Below, one piece after another: positions 22,647 through 36,068 of a stretch of 64,000 nt of DNA. The DNA is from Raillietiella orientalis (lineage: Eukaryota), in NCBI GenBank assembly GCA_036172245.1, contig JAYWIR010000020.1, positions 744,001 to 808,000 on the forward strand, read 5' to 3'. The position numbers and the translations under genes are program-made. Each line of letters opens with the position of its first letter. Positions within the stretch are counted from its first letter, which is position 1. A model generated the notes under the pieces. It ran no database searches, was not told the origin of the DNA, and saw only the letters and a list, made by a program, of their open reading frames with translations.

Positions 22647-25600
22647 ATTACTGTAACTTTCTATTTCTACGTTCACAAAATTTAAATTACGCAGCTTCGA
22701 ACTAAAAACCAATACTATCAGAACTTAAATATGTACTTTTTTGGCAACTTATAGTGTCCACAACTTTATACACACCTGCGAGTTTGCAATGTCATGCTCG
22801 ATCACAAACTTCTACGAAACAAACCAAGTACTCCTTTGAAAACAAATGTATGAAGCTCATGGAAGACTAATGACAAAATATGCAAATACGTTCTTAGAAC
22901 CTGTTTGCTCACATTGCCTTTCCATACACCGACACCCGTACTTCACATCCACTTCATCTTTGATGCAGGATGTCCATTGCCAAACACGCACCGGCGCACC
23001 CGAATGCAAATTCATGTTCTCAGCGCATTTTCAATTTTCATGAATGCAGTCGATTACGAAGATACAACTTCTGAAAACGAAAGCACTAATACTTATAAGA
23101 TAGCTCGCAATACGCAAAAATATTCGCAATTTATTTAGCACCTTAATAACGATGTTATCAAATATTTTCACACAATAAACCAGCCAAAACACTTAGTCGT
23201 ACAAACTATGGCTCAAATTTAAACTATGGCTCTGATTCATGTAAGCTAAAATTTATTTCTATTCGAAAAGACTTAAAACAGCATTTTTTTAAAGAAAATA
23301 CAACAAAAAATTTAGCACTGCTTTAATTCTCATCTTTCCAATTATTTCAAGATCTACATCTGATCGATCAAATCAAACCAAACTCCATATTTTCCATTTC
23401 TGAATTTTCTGCTTAATTAAGTGCTTCTCAAATATTTAATCAACTTCATTCAAATTTATAAATATTTCATATGTAGTACGGATTAAGTATATGGAGTGCT
23501 CATTAGAAAAAAAAAATTCTTTCAAAATCTAGGCCAAAAATTGAAAAGAATTAGAAACAAACTCAATTATGTAATTGTGCTACTAGCCATTAGCATAAGG
23601 AAAGTAATCAAGTAAATACAAAGATAGCAATGGATCTTCAAAACAAGAAAAAACCATCTTAGTATCTCTCAGTCCGGGTATTCAGATTCCGTGTTATAGC
23701 AATTAAATTTCAAGTATCTTATAAGGTACTTTGAAATATAAAAACAATTTGAAATTTAATACCGGATAGAATTTTCCAAATAAGGGTTAGGTTTTGCATC
23801 GAGCATGAAACAAAAAAGCAGTAATGTTCCCAATTAATTCCATGAAAAAAACAAAAAACAAACACCAAACAACAACCTTTACGGATGATATGTTATTTTG
23901 ACTAAAGAAATGAGGAACGTATTTTTATGGTTAAATAGCTTCATTTTGTGAGGACAGTTGTCACGATTTTTGATGATCAGCTTATTTATCAACCAGGACC
24001 CTCTCATTATTCCACCATAACACCAAAAGATACGAAAATTTTACTTTCGGCTTGAAAATTAAGATGCTGATAATTTAAGGCAAATTTAAGTTATGAAATT
24101 GCAGTTTACATACTGAAGTCAGAAGACCAGAAAAATATATATACCTCTACAGTGCAGTTTTTTTTAATATATCCCATTAACTAACTAAATCTGAATCTCT
24201 TTTAAGTTCTTGTAAATAATTAGGCACGTGCTGCTTATGACCAATAATTCCAATGTTTTCCAAACACTTGTTACTTTTGTATACATTCATTTTTACATTT
24301 GCTTACCTTAAGGAAAGTTGTTTTTCAAATATCTGAAAAAAATTCTGTATTGAGTGACGCAAATTTGTTAGAATAGTTATAAAATGGAAACTGTACATAC
24401 TTCGAATTCCCAATGGTTTGGAAAAATATTCCACACTCTACTGCATTCTCATATTTTTTCCTTCCAGAAGCCTATTATATTAGAAACGTTGCAAATAAGA
24501 TAGGATTCATTGTCTATTTGGTTGTATTTAAGGAATTTTACTAATTTTAAGTAATGTCTATACAATGTTGATGTAGTTGGAATTATGATCCGGTTTTGAA
24601 AATGATTTCTACTTCCAAATTGATCTTTTCCTTGGGAATCCATGGTCAGTTTTCTGTCTTTGACAAAACATCTCGAAACAAGACTGCATTTTGCAGATGG
24701 TAGCATGATCACATTCCATATGGATAATAATAATCATGTATTTTCCAATTAACACGATCACGAAAAATTTATACTTTGTATGTAAGAGATTCAGAACAGA
24801 ATTTTCGCTTTTCGCTGTTTGCATTCTATACCTCTAAATGTTAACACTATGCTGATTTTTATTTTCACTGAATGAAATCAGTAAGGAATTTAGGTACTTG
24901 ATTCATTGTGGGTTGTCAGATAAATAGTGGCATATGATCGGAGTTGCATTTTACTTTCTCCTAAAGGCATACGGATACATGAAGTCTTCAGATTCTAGAC
25001 ATTAAACTGCCCATCAAGATTCAATTGTGTTTGAACAGATACAGTTATTTTCTTATGCAGGAATACAATATCAATTATCTGTATAATTAATAGTATATCT
25101 CAAATCGGATCCATAAAGCTAAATTACTTTGTTGTGTTGCTGCTGACCTAAATTCTTAATTTTCTACCCAGTTATAGCCAACGTTCCACATATGTTACTT
25201 ATGCAATATCAAATAAAATGCATTGATTTCTAGTCGTCCTTCGTTTGTAACATTTTTTTTTTTGTTATTTGTATGCTCCTTTCCAAATGTTTCCTTTAAC
25301 CGTGTATGAATCTCCAAACTTCTCCAAAGTGTATATTTTTGAAAGTGAAATGAAGCATTTTGATTGTTCCATATTTCTTTTCTGTTACACTTTTCCATCC
25401 TACAGAATATGACTGACAGTTGATGGAAAAGTTTGGAAAACTAATGCTAAGCATGGAATTAAGTGATAAACAGTTTTATTGAGAATTACTTTGTAAACAG
25501 TTATATGAAATACAAATTTGTATAGAGACATAATGTCGAGAGAACATCAAGATCAAGTCTCACGTCGCATGGAATCGGATAGGTATCTTCTCTGAGATTG

Positions 25601-25699
25601 AATATTTTTCAGTCCATCCGCCAATGGAACTTGGGGAATTGACAGGGGAAGGAACGGCTCAATTTGCACAACCGGAGGGGAACTCCGAAAGGAACCGAC

Positions 25700-25946
25700 T
25701 CCTAGATTCTGATTCTTGGAAAGAACCCGGAGGAGTCAACTTCCAATCCCGGCCACTAATCGGGGACATCCGGTTTCCAGCTTCTACAGTGCCACACCCG
25801 AATATAGGCCAACCGGCATTATCTTGCGGGGTGAACTAGAAACCCAAGACGCATTCTCTGACGTAGACCCTCCTCGTGGAGATTCGAACCCGCAACGCTT
25901 GGTACCCCGCGCGGAGACCGTAACCACACAGCCTCCAACGCGAACC
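25700..25946 (-). mobile_element. tRNA-derived SINE-like unit, copy 1
   Basis: Minus strand: A-box-like TGGAGGCTGTGTGG, B-box GGTTCGAATC (plus 25881-25890), then a ~95-nt core (25742-25837) similar to 26344-26438. GC-rich in an AT-rich background. Confidence 0.6.
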
Positions 25947-26065
25947 TTCAAGATAGCGGGCACTCCGGGAATGGACCACCCTATGAATCCAGGAAGAGCT
26001 CCGGAAAAGCGAGTCCGTTCCTCTCAAGCCTGAGACGGAACAACCAAGGGAATCCTCCACCCTGG

Positions 26066-26340
26066 TTGTCTCCGAAGGAAACCCTGAAGAGAACCTCCTC
26101 CTTATTCTCTCTCGAGAAATCCCCGGAGAGGGCCGCTCCATTGTTTCTTCTCCGAAGGGAACCCAGAAAGGATACGCTCTTGGGATTTCTTCTCTGGAAG
26201 GAACCCGCAAGGGATCCGCTCCCGTTTCCTCCTCCTCTGAAGAGAACCCCAAAGAGACACTTGCAGATGTCTCCGAAAGGTGCTCCTGAAGGGGGCAGGG
26301 AACCTTTTTTTTTTATTCCTGAAAGGACCCCGGAGGGTCG
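26066..26340. repeat. Degenerate ~40-nt tandem array, about 7 units
   Basis: Recurring plus-strand motif TCTCCGAAGG(G/A)AACCCNGAA(A/G)GG followed by a variable pyrimidine-rich linker. Confidence 0.65.
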
Positions 26341-26551
26341 ACTCCCAATCCCGGCCACTCATCAGGGGCATGCGGCTTGAACCGCCTCCAGTGCCGCACC
26401 TGAATATAGACCAACCAGCATTATCTTGCAGGAGGAACTCGCACTCGTGATGCACCCATTTCTCTGGTGTCGATTCTTTCCGAGTATTCGAACCCGCCTT
26501 CCCTCTTGGTGCCACGTGCGGAGATCGAGACCACACCCTCCGACGCGGGCC
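26315..26551 (-). mobile_element. tRNA-derived SINE-like unit, copy 2
   Basis: Minus strand: CGGAGGGTGTGG A-box-like, GGGTTCGAAT B-box (plus about 26485-26495), same core as copy 1. Confidence 0.6.
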
Positions 26552-28802
26552 CCACAATAGCACATACTATAATTATTTGATACAGAAGGTCCATAAACTG
26601 AAAAATACGAAATGTATAATCACATGAGTGATAACCAGACGCAAGCGTTAACGGTTTTCACGAGACACTTTCTTGTTTCTGGTCTCAAAAGAACCAGATA
26701 TCATATGTGATTCCTAGTGCCTTGGTATAGCGAACAATTACTACATCAAGTTGGATCTTGTCCGATACTGTATTGTCAAAGGAAGCATAACGATGGAATG
26801 ACAGACGACGCAGAAAAATGAAAAGCAATTGTGTTTTTATCTTATACAAAAAGTCTGTACTGGAAGTGCTTTACAGCTCCATAAACTCCGATGGATGGAT
26901 GGCTCTCCATTTGAACATGCTATTTCTCAAGGTTCTGCCTTTAAGTATACGATATGTGTTCATTACGAATAGGAATCCCAAAACCAAATTTAGTAATTGA
27001 AGAGGAAGCTACATTAAGTCAACATGTATGTAATTATATTTATGAATACCAATGGCTACAATATCAGACGATGACAAGGGAAGCAACTCAAGAAACGTTA
27101 AGAAACAATAATTCCTGAAAAAACATCTGAAAAGGTACCATTGTGTGACTGAAAAAACAACATACATGGATATAATCCAGATCAATATTTGCACAAATAA
27201 AAAAACTCATGCATCGTTAAACCGACCTTGGGCTTTACTATATATATTGTAACCCAAGCTTACATAAATTTACGCCAACCCAATATCAAAAAAACACAGC
27301 CCATTTAACATAATAACCAATCTGAAGTAATCAGTCTGAAGAGAGAAAAAAACTTTCTACAGATCCTCTGCTGAATTCCAACTGAAGGAATAAACTTGTA
27401 TATCAATCCGTGTGATTCTTTCAGAAGCCATACACGACCTAAAAACCTTAAGAAAATGGAACACCCTTTCTGTCATTCCCCACGGTCTTGCTCGTAATCA
27501 TAGACTTTTCTTACGTTGCTTACGGACACCTCAGTTGAGAGCACTCAAAAACTTAAAAAAGAAAACATCCATCAAAGAAATTCCCAGTAAAAACGCACTC
27601 CATAGTGTTTCGCTGGAAACAAAAAGGTCAAGACAGCTGGTGTCAGTAATTCCGCTGAAGCCCCAAAGTCATGGCAAACATTCCAATATTCTGCCAAGGC
27701 TGGTAAGAGGCGCTGGATATGTCACGAAACGTGGCAGGGGAGAAATAGTCTGGGAAAATTTGCTAGAATGAATGAATGACATTCTATTAAACAAAACTAA
27801 TGGATTTTCTTGTCATAGTAATTCCTTTGCTAAACAGAAGTGTTAGCATCAAGCCAAGTTCTGCTATGACAACAACAAAATGACAAACGGGAACAGTGGT
27901 TCTGCTTCAAGTAGAGTAACAAATTTCTGAATACCTCTGTTCCATACAAACTGAAAAATCTTGATATGGAAAATAGAAATTGAGTACTAGCATTAAAAAA
28001 AATTGGTAGAATGATGTGCTGCAATGGTTACAATCTAATATGAAATAATAAAAAGAATAATAATAATAAAAAATGGATGGCACTTTAAATGTTTACTTTG
28101 AAATTATAATTAATACCGAACAATGAAGAAAAAGTCCGCTTGCATGGAAAAGATGCATGCAACTGAGAACCAAATGATTACTTTCAAGGTGATTGCTTTA
28201 AAAACAAACAATCTGCAAAGTACGACAAGAAGCGGGGATGAAAGTAGCACAAAATCAAACTGGGAAAAATGAAGTTTTACAATTTAGAAAAACCAGGGCA
28301 TATCAATCAGGGCATATAGCTGACTGAAGGTATAAAAATGAGACAAATGAGCTGCCAAAATCAATGTCCATGAAATTCATAATAAGCAGTACAATTGCAA
28401 CTTCGTTCCGCTGGAGGAAAAAAAAGGACGAAAATTCGCAAAATCTTTCGAGTAAGAGAAAATATACATATTTTATTCATTACATATAAATTTTCTGCAT
28501 TCACTAATGCTCTACTTCGCAGTTCAATCAATTAAGGGCACTCGAAAAAGTTCCATCTATGAAAATAAGTTAAAGTAATGTTTATTGACACACAAGCAGG
28601 TTTGAAATTCTGAAATGCGAAAACATTCCTAAATTGTTTGCAAGCATATACCGCTTACATTATTTTTTTTGAATAAGAATTTACAAAATTATTGTATACT
28701 TGACAAAAGTCCAGGCAAAAAAAAAAAAACTTCATAAATCACAAAATTAATATCTGTTTAATAAGTTAATACTTTAGTAATGAGAAGTACAGAAATTATT
28801 GT

Positions 28803-31800
28803 TCATTCACGAAGTCTTTTATGATCTTTCACTTTCCATAACATTAGTTCCATGGCAGCTATTGCATCTTCAGCACTATCATGGCCTCCCACTAAACATA
28901 TAACAAGTTACAAGAGAAATGAGAACTCTCCTTACCATTATCCTGAATTATTTTTTTCAAGAATTCCATACAAAGACCTTTTAATGAACGTTTAAACGGT
29001 GGTCCCAGTTTATGTGGGAAAACTACACTTGTATCAACTACTAATCTGTGCACCAACTACAACACCAATTAATTGTTATACCTTGCAAATACATTTACCT
29101 TCAGAGCTTTCAAATCACTTTCCAAAGAGTGGCCTATTAAGATTGTATTACTATGGAACTTTGACTGCAAAACAGACTGAACATCTTTTAGGGTTACAGT
29201 AACAGCACTAAGATCTTCTTCTCGAATTCCACTAAACCTAGACAAACCAGCTGAAAAAATGACTCTTGTCACACGGACTTACTTAGTATTGTAATCTAAA
29301 ATTGGATTACTAGGATGAATCAATGTTTCATACACAAGCTTGCATTCAGAATCCACAACACTTATTTTTGCAAGTTCTAAACCTTCAGTGGTATAGCACA
29401 TTTCACAATCTAAACCAAACACTTGTGGGGTGGCTGATTTCTCCGTTAACTGAATATAACCACCAACTTGACTTGGATCAACAAGTGATGACACATGAAA
29501 AGATGCAACACAACAGCCTTCACACTGCAAATCTCCACGGCAACAAATATATTTAGTCTCCCAACCAGTTCGTCCTGGGAAAGACAAAAAAAAAAAAATT
29601 ATCGCCTTCAGTAAACAAAACTTCACCTTTTATCTTAAAAGCTCTTCCTGAATGGTACTGACACTCTTCTTCTCTCAAAGGAAATCCCATATCATTTACC
29701 TGATAAGTAGTGCTACAACGATCACAAATTCTCTCACTATTACTAGTGCATCTCTTGTTTACTTTTGCATTAAATATTGCATAACCTTTCCTGTAAGGAT
29801 CTATAGCAGGGAAACCATTTTCATCCAGCTGTTCTTCAGTCAGGCAAAACTCAAATAATTTTTCATACAGTGATTTGCCTAAAACAAAAAAAAGAAAAAA
29901 CACACACAAAGAGATATACGCATCCTAATGAAATATTTTTCAGCTAAAATTCTTACTTGATGCTAACATTGCTCTATTTTTCTTTCGAGTATTTTCAATA
30001 CTCCAAGAGTTTTTTGTTCCTTCTTTTCCAATCAGTAAACTTTGATGAGATATACTTTGGGGAATGGATGTATCTGTTTTACTGGAGGATAAGTTTGCCT
30101 TTTTGCGGATACGCAGAATGGCATTCGCTGCTAAATTGATGTAACTGTGCTTAGAAGTAGAACGGCAATGAATAGTTTTCTCTTCTTCTAAAGCCTGACA
30201 AAATAATTCTTAAGATCACTAATGCTGCTGAAATCAGCATCAAATGCTGAATTCGTTTTCAAAGAACAAAACACTGATCACCAGTAACATTCATTAGAGC
30301 ACTGTTACAACATAAAAACATTAATTTTTCAGAGAGTGCGAGTAAACATAAATGTGAGTCCAACAGTATGCACATTTGTCACATAAGCCTCTTCTTTTTT
30401 ATCAAAAATTTATATTTCATTTATCAAAGAAAAGTTTTTTTGCAAAAGTCTACAGTTTGGAATCAAAATGTTCACCTTCCTAAGAGCCTCCTCATAATCG
30501 TGCTGTTTCAAGCACTCCTCCAACAATGACTTCAAATACCTTTGACGTATTGAGATTGAAATTTTTGTATTTGATGAATCTTCAATTAAGGGAGCTTGTA
30601 TGACACTCTGAAATATAACATCAATCAAAGAGAATTTGATTTAAACATCTGAGCTTCCATACAATCAATGCTAGAAAACAATTAGGCTGTGAATCATGTT
30701 TACCAATGAAGGTTGATGAGCAATTCTTTTTCCACTATTTGCACTGGGTGAAGTAGCACATGTATCTGAAGAGGCAGAAGGTTGGATTTTCTGCTTTGCA
30801 AGCATTAAAGAAGAAGCATACGGGACAGCAGCAACTTTAGGGTGCTTTCCTAAAATAATAATAAAAAAAAGCAACACAAAACCACCATGATAAAACAAGA
30901 AAAAAAAGACAAAACAATTTGTATATGCAATAGTAAAAGTATTAGACTAACATTCTAATAATTTAACAAAAAATTAATCTGATTCAATTTTATTAATTAT
31001 TTTACAATAAACTAAACTAGTGTAACGAGGCCATTCCCTTAAATAAGAAAATCTGCATTACGAGATTGAACTTCCAGCTCTTGATTAGTTGCAGAATTCT
31101 CCACACTTCTTTTCAACGCTGCCCATCTTTGATGCATTACCTGCAAATCAATAAGCATGAAAAGTATAGCCTCTAAACAATGAAATACATAGGGAGGTGA
31201 ATATGTATTTTACAAGCACTTACTTACAAAACAGCTGTAGATTCTAAATGTAAAAAAACATTCACACCCTTATACTTAATAATGTGATATAAAAATATGG
31301 CAACATCAAAGGTATTTCAATTAAAACCAGTTTTTCACCTTGAAGTTCAAATTCAGACTTACATATTAGATGAAATACTTAATAAGCACAACAGCTTTTT
31401 AAATCAGTTTGTGACATTTTAGGATTCAAAGGCTGTGAACAAAATACAAGTATGCTTTGAAGGATTCATGCAATGACGATGAAGGATTCATTGGAGTAGA
31501 TAACGACAAAACACAAGAAACGCACATAAAAGGCACACACATCTTGAACTTCTGTTCTTAGGAAAACTTTTGATGCAAACAAAAGCCAGAAACAAAATGG
31601 TTAAAACATAGACACAGAACACATTGCAATTACTTGATGATTTAAGCACAATATGTGCAAAATGTCTACCTGTGAAGGGTTACTCTTTTTTCGAAGCAGT
31701 TTTGGACAAGATGATGACTCCACTGGTTTTCCTGCTAATCGACTTATTCTAATTTTTTCAGGTTTTACAGGAAGAAAATTTTCTTTCTAAAATTTAGTTT

Positions 31801-33850
31801 AGCACAGCAATTTCACAAATCGGAAATGAAACAGCACTATTTCTTAAATTATATCCTTTTACAAAATCAAATCTGAAATGTTGAAGTGACATGTGCATCA
31901 AATTCAATGTTTAGATACACTTTGAAGCATTCATTGATTCTGATCATGAATGAATTTATAGAGAAAGCATGTGAAACAACAATTTAGTAAATTTGGCTAT
32001 TAATGATTATCAGCAAAAGAATATACTTATGCCATCACATTTAATTTCAACTTTAGAAATAAGTTTCACAGCTATACGTATTTTAATTCCAGTATTATGA
32101 TACCTTGGGTATTAGTATATTTGCACTTGATATCTGCTCCACTGAAGGACAATCAATTTTCCCTGCTTCTGCAAACAAAATTTCGTTATCCTGCACAGAT
32201 CTGAATTGATTTTCAGAGTGAACAACTTCTTCTGGGTATGCTGATGCATCAGGTATATCATAATCCATTTCCATTTCCGAAGAGCATCCAGTATCAGGAC
32301 TGAAGCTTTGATGTTTCTCAGCACTAGCATTAACAATACTGGCATCTTATACAAGGCTTGCAAAGGATCTGACAACAAACGACATGATACCTTTCAGGTG
32401 GCATGACTTTATTTCTAATGTATCATCAAATAAAGATGCTTTTGAAGTGTCCTGAATGTCTTTCTTGCCATCAAAATTACAAGTGTGCTTTACTGAAAGC
32501 GTATCCCTTACTTCAAGAGAAGGCTCTCTTATAGGTTCTTCCAGAAGTACTTGTATTTCTATATCATGCTTCCTTATATGCTCTGTTTCTTGAGTACATA
32601 ATGACTCCTGGTTAACAAACAAATTTTAATAATTTCAATAACAATGGAAAACCTGTTCTTCGTTAAGCAGACAACGTTTTTCCACAGTTGTTTCCGTGGG
32701 TGACTGCTTTTTCGAGGAATGACTGCTATGTTTTTCCACTAAATAAACACATACAAAATATAAGACTAATAAAATTACCACTAATGTTTCATGATCACAT
32801 TCAATATTGTACACTTGTGAAATATATGGATACCTTTATATTCACTGTTTTTATTACTTGGTATATTTGGAATGATAGGTTTTTTCCTCTTTTGTAATTC
32901 CGCAATTGGAGTGGGTTTGTAAATGGGCAATTTACTATCTACAAGAAAAGACAGGAATTCCATAGAATGAAAGATACAATTTTCAATACCTTTCTTCTTT
33001 TGTTGATTTCCATTGTAACAGCTTGAATTTTTCGATAAATTATTAACGTTACTCTCCTCTGCAATCACGCATTCTAAATTTAAAAAGCATTATCAGCTTT
33101 TCACTTGCACTGCGACAGTTGTTATTTGAATCAATCAATTACTTGTGCAATTTAAATTGATTATACAACTTCCAAACTCTTTTAATCAGTGAGGAACATA
33201 TGCATCCTAGGAAGTCTGTTTACATATTTTGGAGTTAAAAAATGCAATAAAAAATTATTATGGAGGAACCTTTGTCAGCAAAGCATGAAGTAAACTTTCA
33301 TCATGTCAAGTCAAAGCAACTGTGGAAACCGAAGGTTTGATATCTTTTGAAATTACTGCAAAGCAAACCATTTACAATCAATTGTTACAAAGAAACACAA
33401 AATTGTGCCTAAGAGGCATATTGATCAACCTGTCTGGTAAAAAGAATAAAACTATAAACTAAAAGTTGCTTTAGACCTTGAAAATTAAATAATTAAATAC
33501 AAAGATACTAAAGGAATAACTGCGAAAATGACATTCTTCTTAAGCTGAACTCAATCTCAATCATAACTTATTAATATACTCTAACTCATTTGGAATATAA
33601 AGGATTCTCGCAGTAGTCATGAATAGGTCCAGATTGTGAAGAGCTTACAATAATTAAAAAACTTTAATTTAATTGCATATGCATAATTAATTATGCTCAT
33701 AATCTGTGATCAAACCACAAGATGAATAATCAGAAAATCATTCTGCTTACCTTTGACAGAATGTTTGTAAAAACAAAATGTTCTTTCACAGAGTCCATTA
33801 ACAAAGTAAGGGCATGTGATATTGGAAAAATATCCTTTATTGGGAAACAT
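28803..33850 (-). CDS. REXO1: RNA exonuclease 1 homolog (DEDDh exonuclease, Elongin-A-binding protein 1 family)
   Basis: Exon 1 (33850-33751) [60 protein letters not shown]...[17 protein letters not shown]...CQYHSG; exonuclease motifs [43 protein letters not shown]; stop TGA at 28805-28803. Many exons; checked junctions are phase-consistent. Confidence 0.9.
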
Positions 33851-35469
33851 ATCTGTTAAAAACTCACCAAACAAAAGGTCGTTAACACATGGAGATGTAT
33901 AAATAATTTTTTTGTTTCTATCTTTTTCTCTAACTTTTTACACACCTATAAAATATTCAATAAAAAAAACATCATAAGTCCCAAAAAATTGACCAAAAAA
34001 GCATTATTGATTTTTACAATGAGAAAATTTTATGGCATTGATTACAATGCAACAGATGCATAGATCTGTAACCGGTGCAGTTTCTGGTACTGTAACTACT
34101 TCAAAATCAACATCTTCTTCATTTCATACTGTCACAATCATCTAAAAAATCTCAGCGAAAATCTGACCACTGTGACATTCTCTGTTTAGTAATTCGAAAA
34201 TTCACAAAACTGATTTACAAATAAATGACTTTTAATAATTTAAAAGATGGTAGTAGTTCCTGAATACCTCGCCTTTACACATACATTCATGATATGTGCA
34301 AAATAAATATAACTAAATGAGTGTCCCCAACAAAATAATGAATTTGGTTAGAAGTATTCATAAATGCTGATATCCGTATGACATGATGTGCCGCGCTATT
34401 TCGGAAATAAAGCAATCAGAAGATTGTTGTATTTTGGAATTCTAAAAGATGCTACTCACAAATAATTCTACTATTCATTATTGCAAAGAATACAAACTCC
34501 CCAACTTCACAATAAATTTATACTCAACATATTTCAAATGACGACGATTTTCACACACAAATGGCAATTATGACAAACATATCAATGAATTTATACTCCA
34601 GACTCAACACAAAGGATATTTAATATTCATGCCCTTACCTATTCTTCTGTTTGAAGTTCCCATCACTCTGCTTAAAGAAATATAGACAAATAATTTTTGA
34701 ATTGTAGCTGCAAATATATTTAGATGGGCAAGAGTGTGAAAAATAAAATGAGATTTTGGGAAAAACGGAGCATTAACTTCCTCCCATACTATCTAAAACC
34801 AAATTTATCATTGCACATTTTACAGCTAGTTCTAATGATATACTGAGCATCAGAAGTTCCAAAAGATCCAAAACAACTCCTTAGATTAAGCTTAATACAA
34901 ATAGGGCATAAGTTTTTCCATTGGATGCTTTAGAGAAAGACATCAACTTACTTTGTTTCAGAGAAAAGGGTTTATTCTGAACAGATTACATGGTTAAGAA
35001 AAACCGTGGAGAATTTAATCATTGACAACACACACTTAAGTAGCAGATCTCTAATAATTCCATACAGGAAATTATTGCAACTGTGGTCCACAAAAATTTG
35101 TTCCCAATGGAAAATCAAAATTTTAGGCAAAGCACTACACTATAAGCTACACACATTAAGTTTCGTACACACGCTAAACACTAATCCGAAAATTTCCTTT
35201 ACAATTTCTGCGAATTACTCAATCATTTTGCGATTTTCACCCTTTAGAATGGAACGAGCTTTCAGCAAATTCCAGAAATTATACAAAATTACATGCATCA
35301 CATGATCACATCAAGCGTCGCCAAGTGCAGAGGTATCCGAGCAGGCAACAACTCGGTTCTTGCAACTGCACAGCACGTGTACACACAATTCTATAACATC
35401 ACAATGTGAAAAGGTTCACTGAATCTCTCTACGATGGATTCTGTGCACGCGAACTCAGCAGAAAAAAAA

Positions 35470-35470
<1 letters not shown>

Positions 35471-35505
<35 letters not shown>
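35471..35505. repeat. (CA)n microsatellite
   Basis: CACATACACACA... run. Confidence 0.95.
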
Positions 35506-35506
<1 letters not shown>

Positions 35507-36036
35507 AAAGCAGCTCGCATCCACCCCCTCCCCATGCGGTTGTGACACTACTGACGAAAAGCTTTTTGACTGGCATTTAAATAACAGCTGCATGACTTTC
35601 GCGTCCTTATAAATCAGAATATGTTGCATGCAGGTACACGTACACAAGTAAACTTTGTGATTATATGATTGTGATTATCGAATGCTGACTGGTGTTCCAG
35701 CTACACACACTGTGACTGCTCGTTTGCCTGCTTCTCGTTCACAAGCACAAGGGATTCACATTTTACACAAGAAAATTTTTTGTCCAAGCAATGGATGCAC
35801 CAAGTACAATCCTGACTCGATAGAGAATTCGATATCCTTCCTGCTGCTTAATCAAAGTTTCCATTTTCCTGCCACGAGATTTTCCCAGCTCTTCGAAATC
35901 ACGAAAATTTGACCATCCAAGAAACCACTTCCTCTGAAGTCTTCAACAGCATCTTGTTTGTTCTGCATAACCTGCTAAATATTTATAAGATGTAGGCACA
36001 AAAGCATCAACCCCAAATCTTTCAGTGACTGGTTGC

Positions 36037-36068
<32 letters not shown>

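Noticed and set aside
25866..25895. CCTCCTCGTGG resembles the P3/L3 motif of HDV-like (R2) ribozymes
   Set aside because: No P1 partner or downstream GG for P1.1, absent from copy 2, and it abuts the antisense B-box.
26350..26370. CTGATGAG on the minus strand, a hammerhead core half
   Set aside because: No stem II followed by GAAA; copy 1 has CCGATTAG at the same place.
25624..26565. Seven overlapping ORFs on both strands; CRISPR-like look of the array
   Set aside because: The ORFs are expected in GC-rich repeats and have no motifs. The repeats are degenerate, the linkers are short, the context is eukaryotic and no cas genes are present.
32369..32390. Possible 22-nt intron in REXO1
   Set aside because: That frame stops at 32112, before the next donor; the 45-nt intron ending in AAG keeps the frame open.
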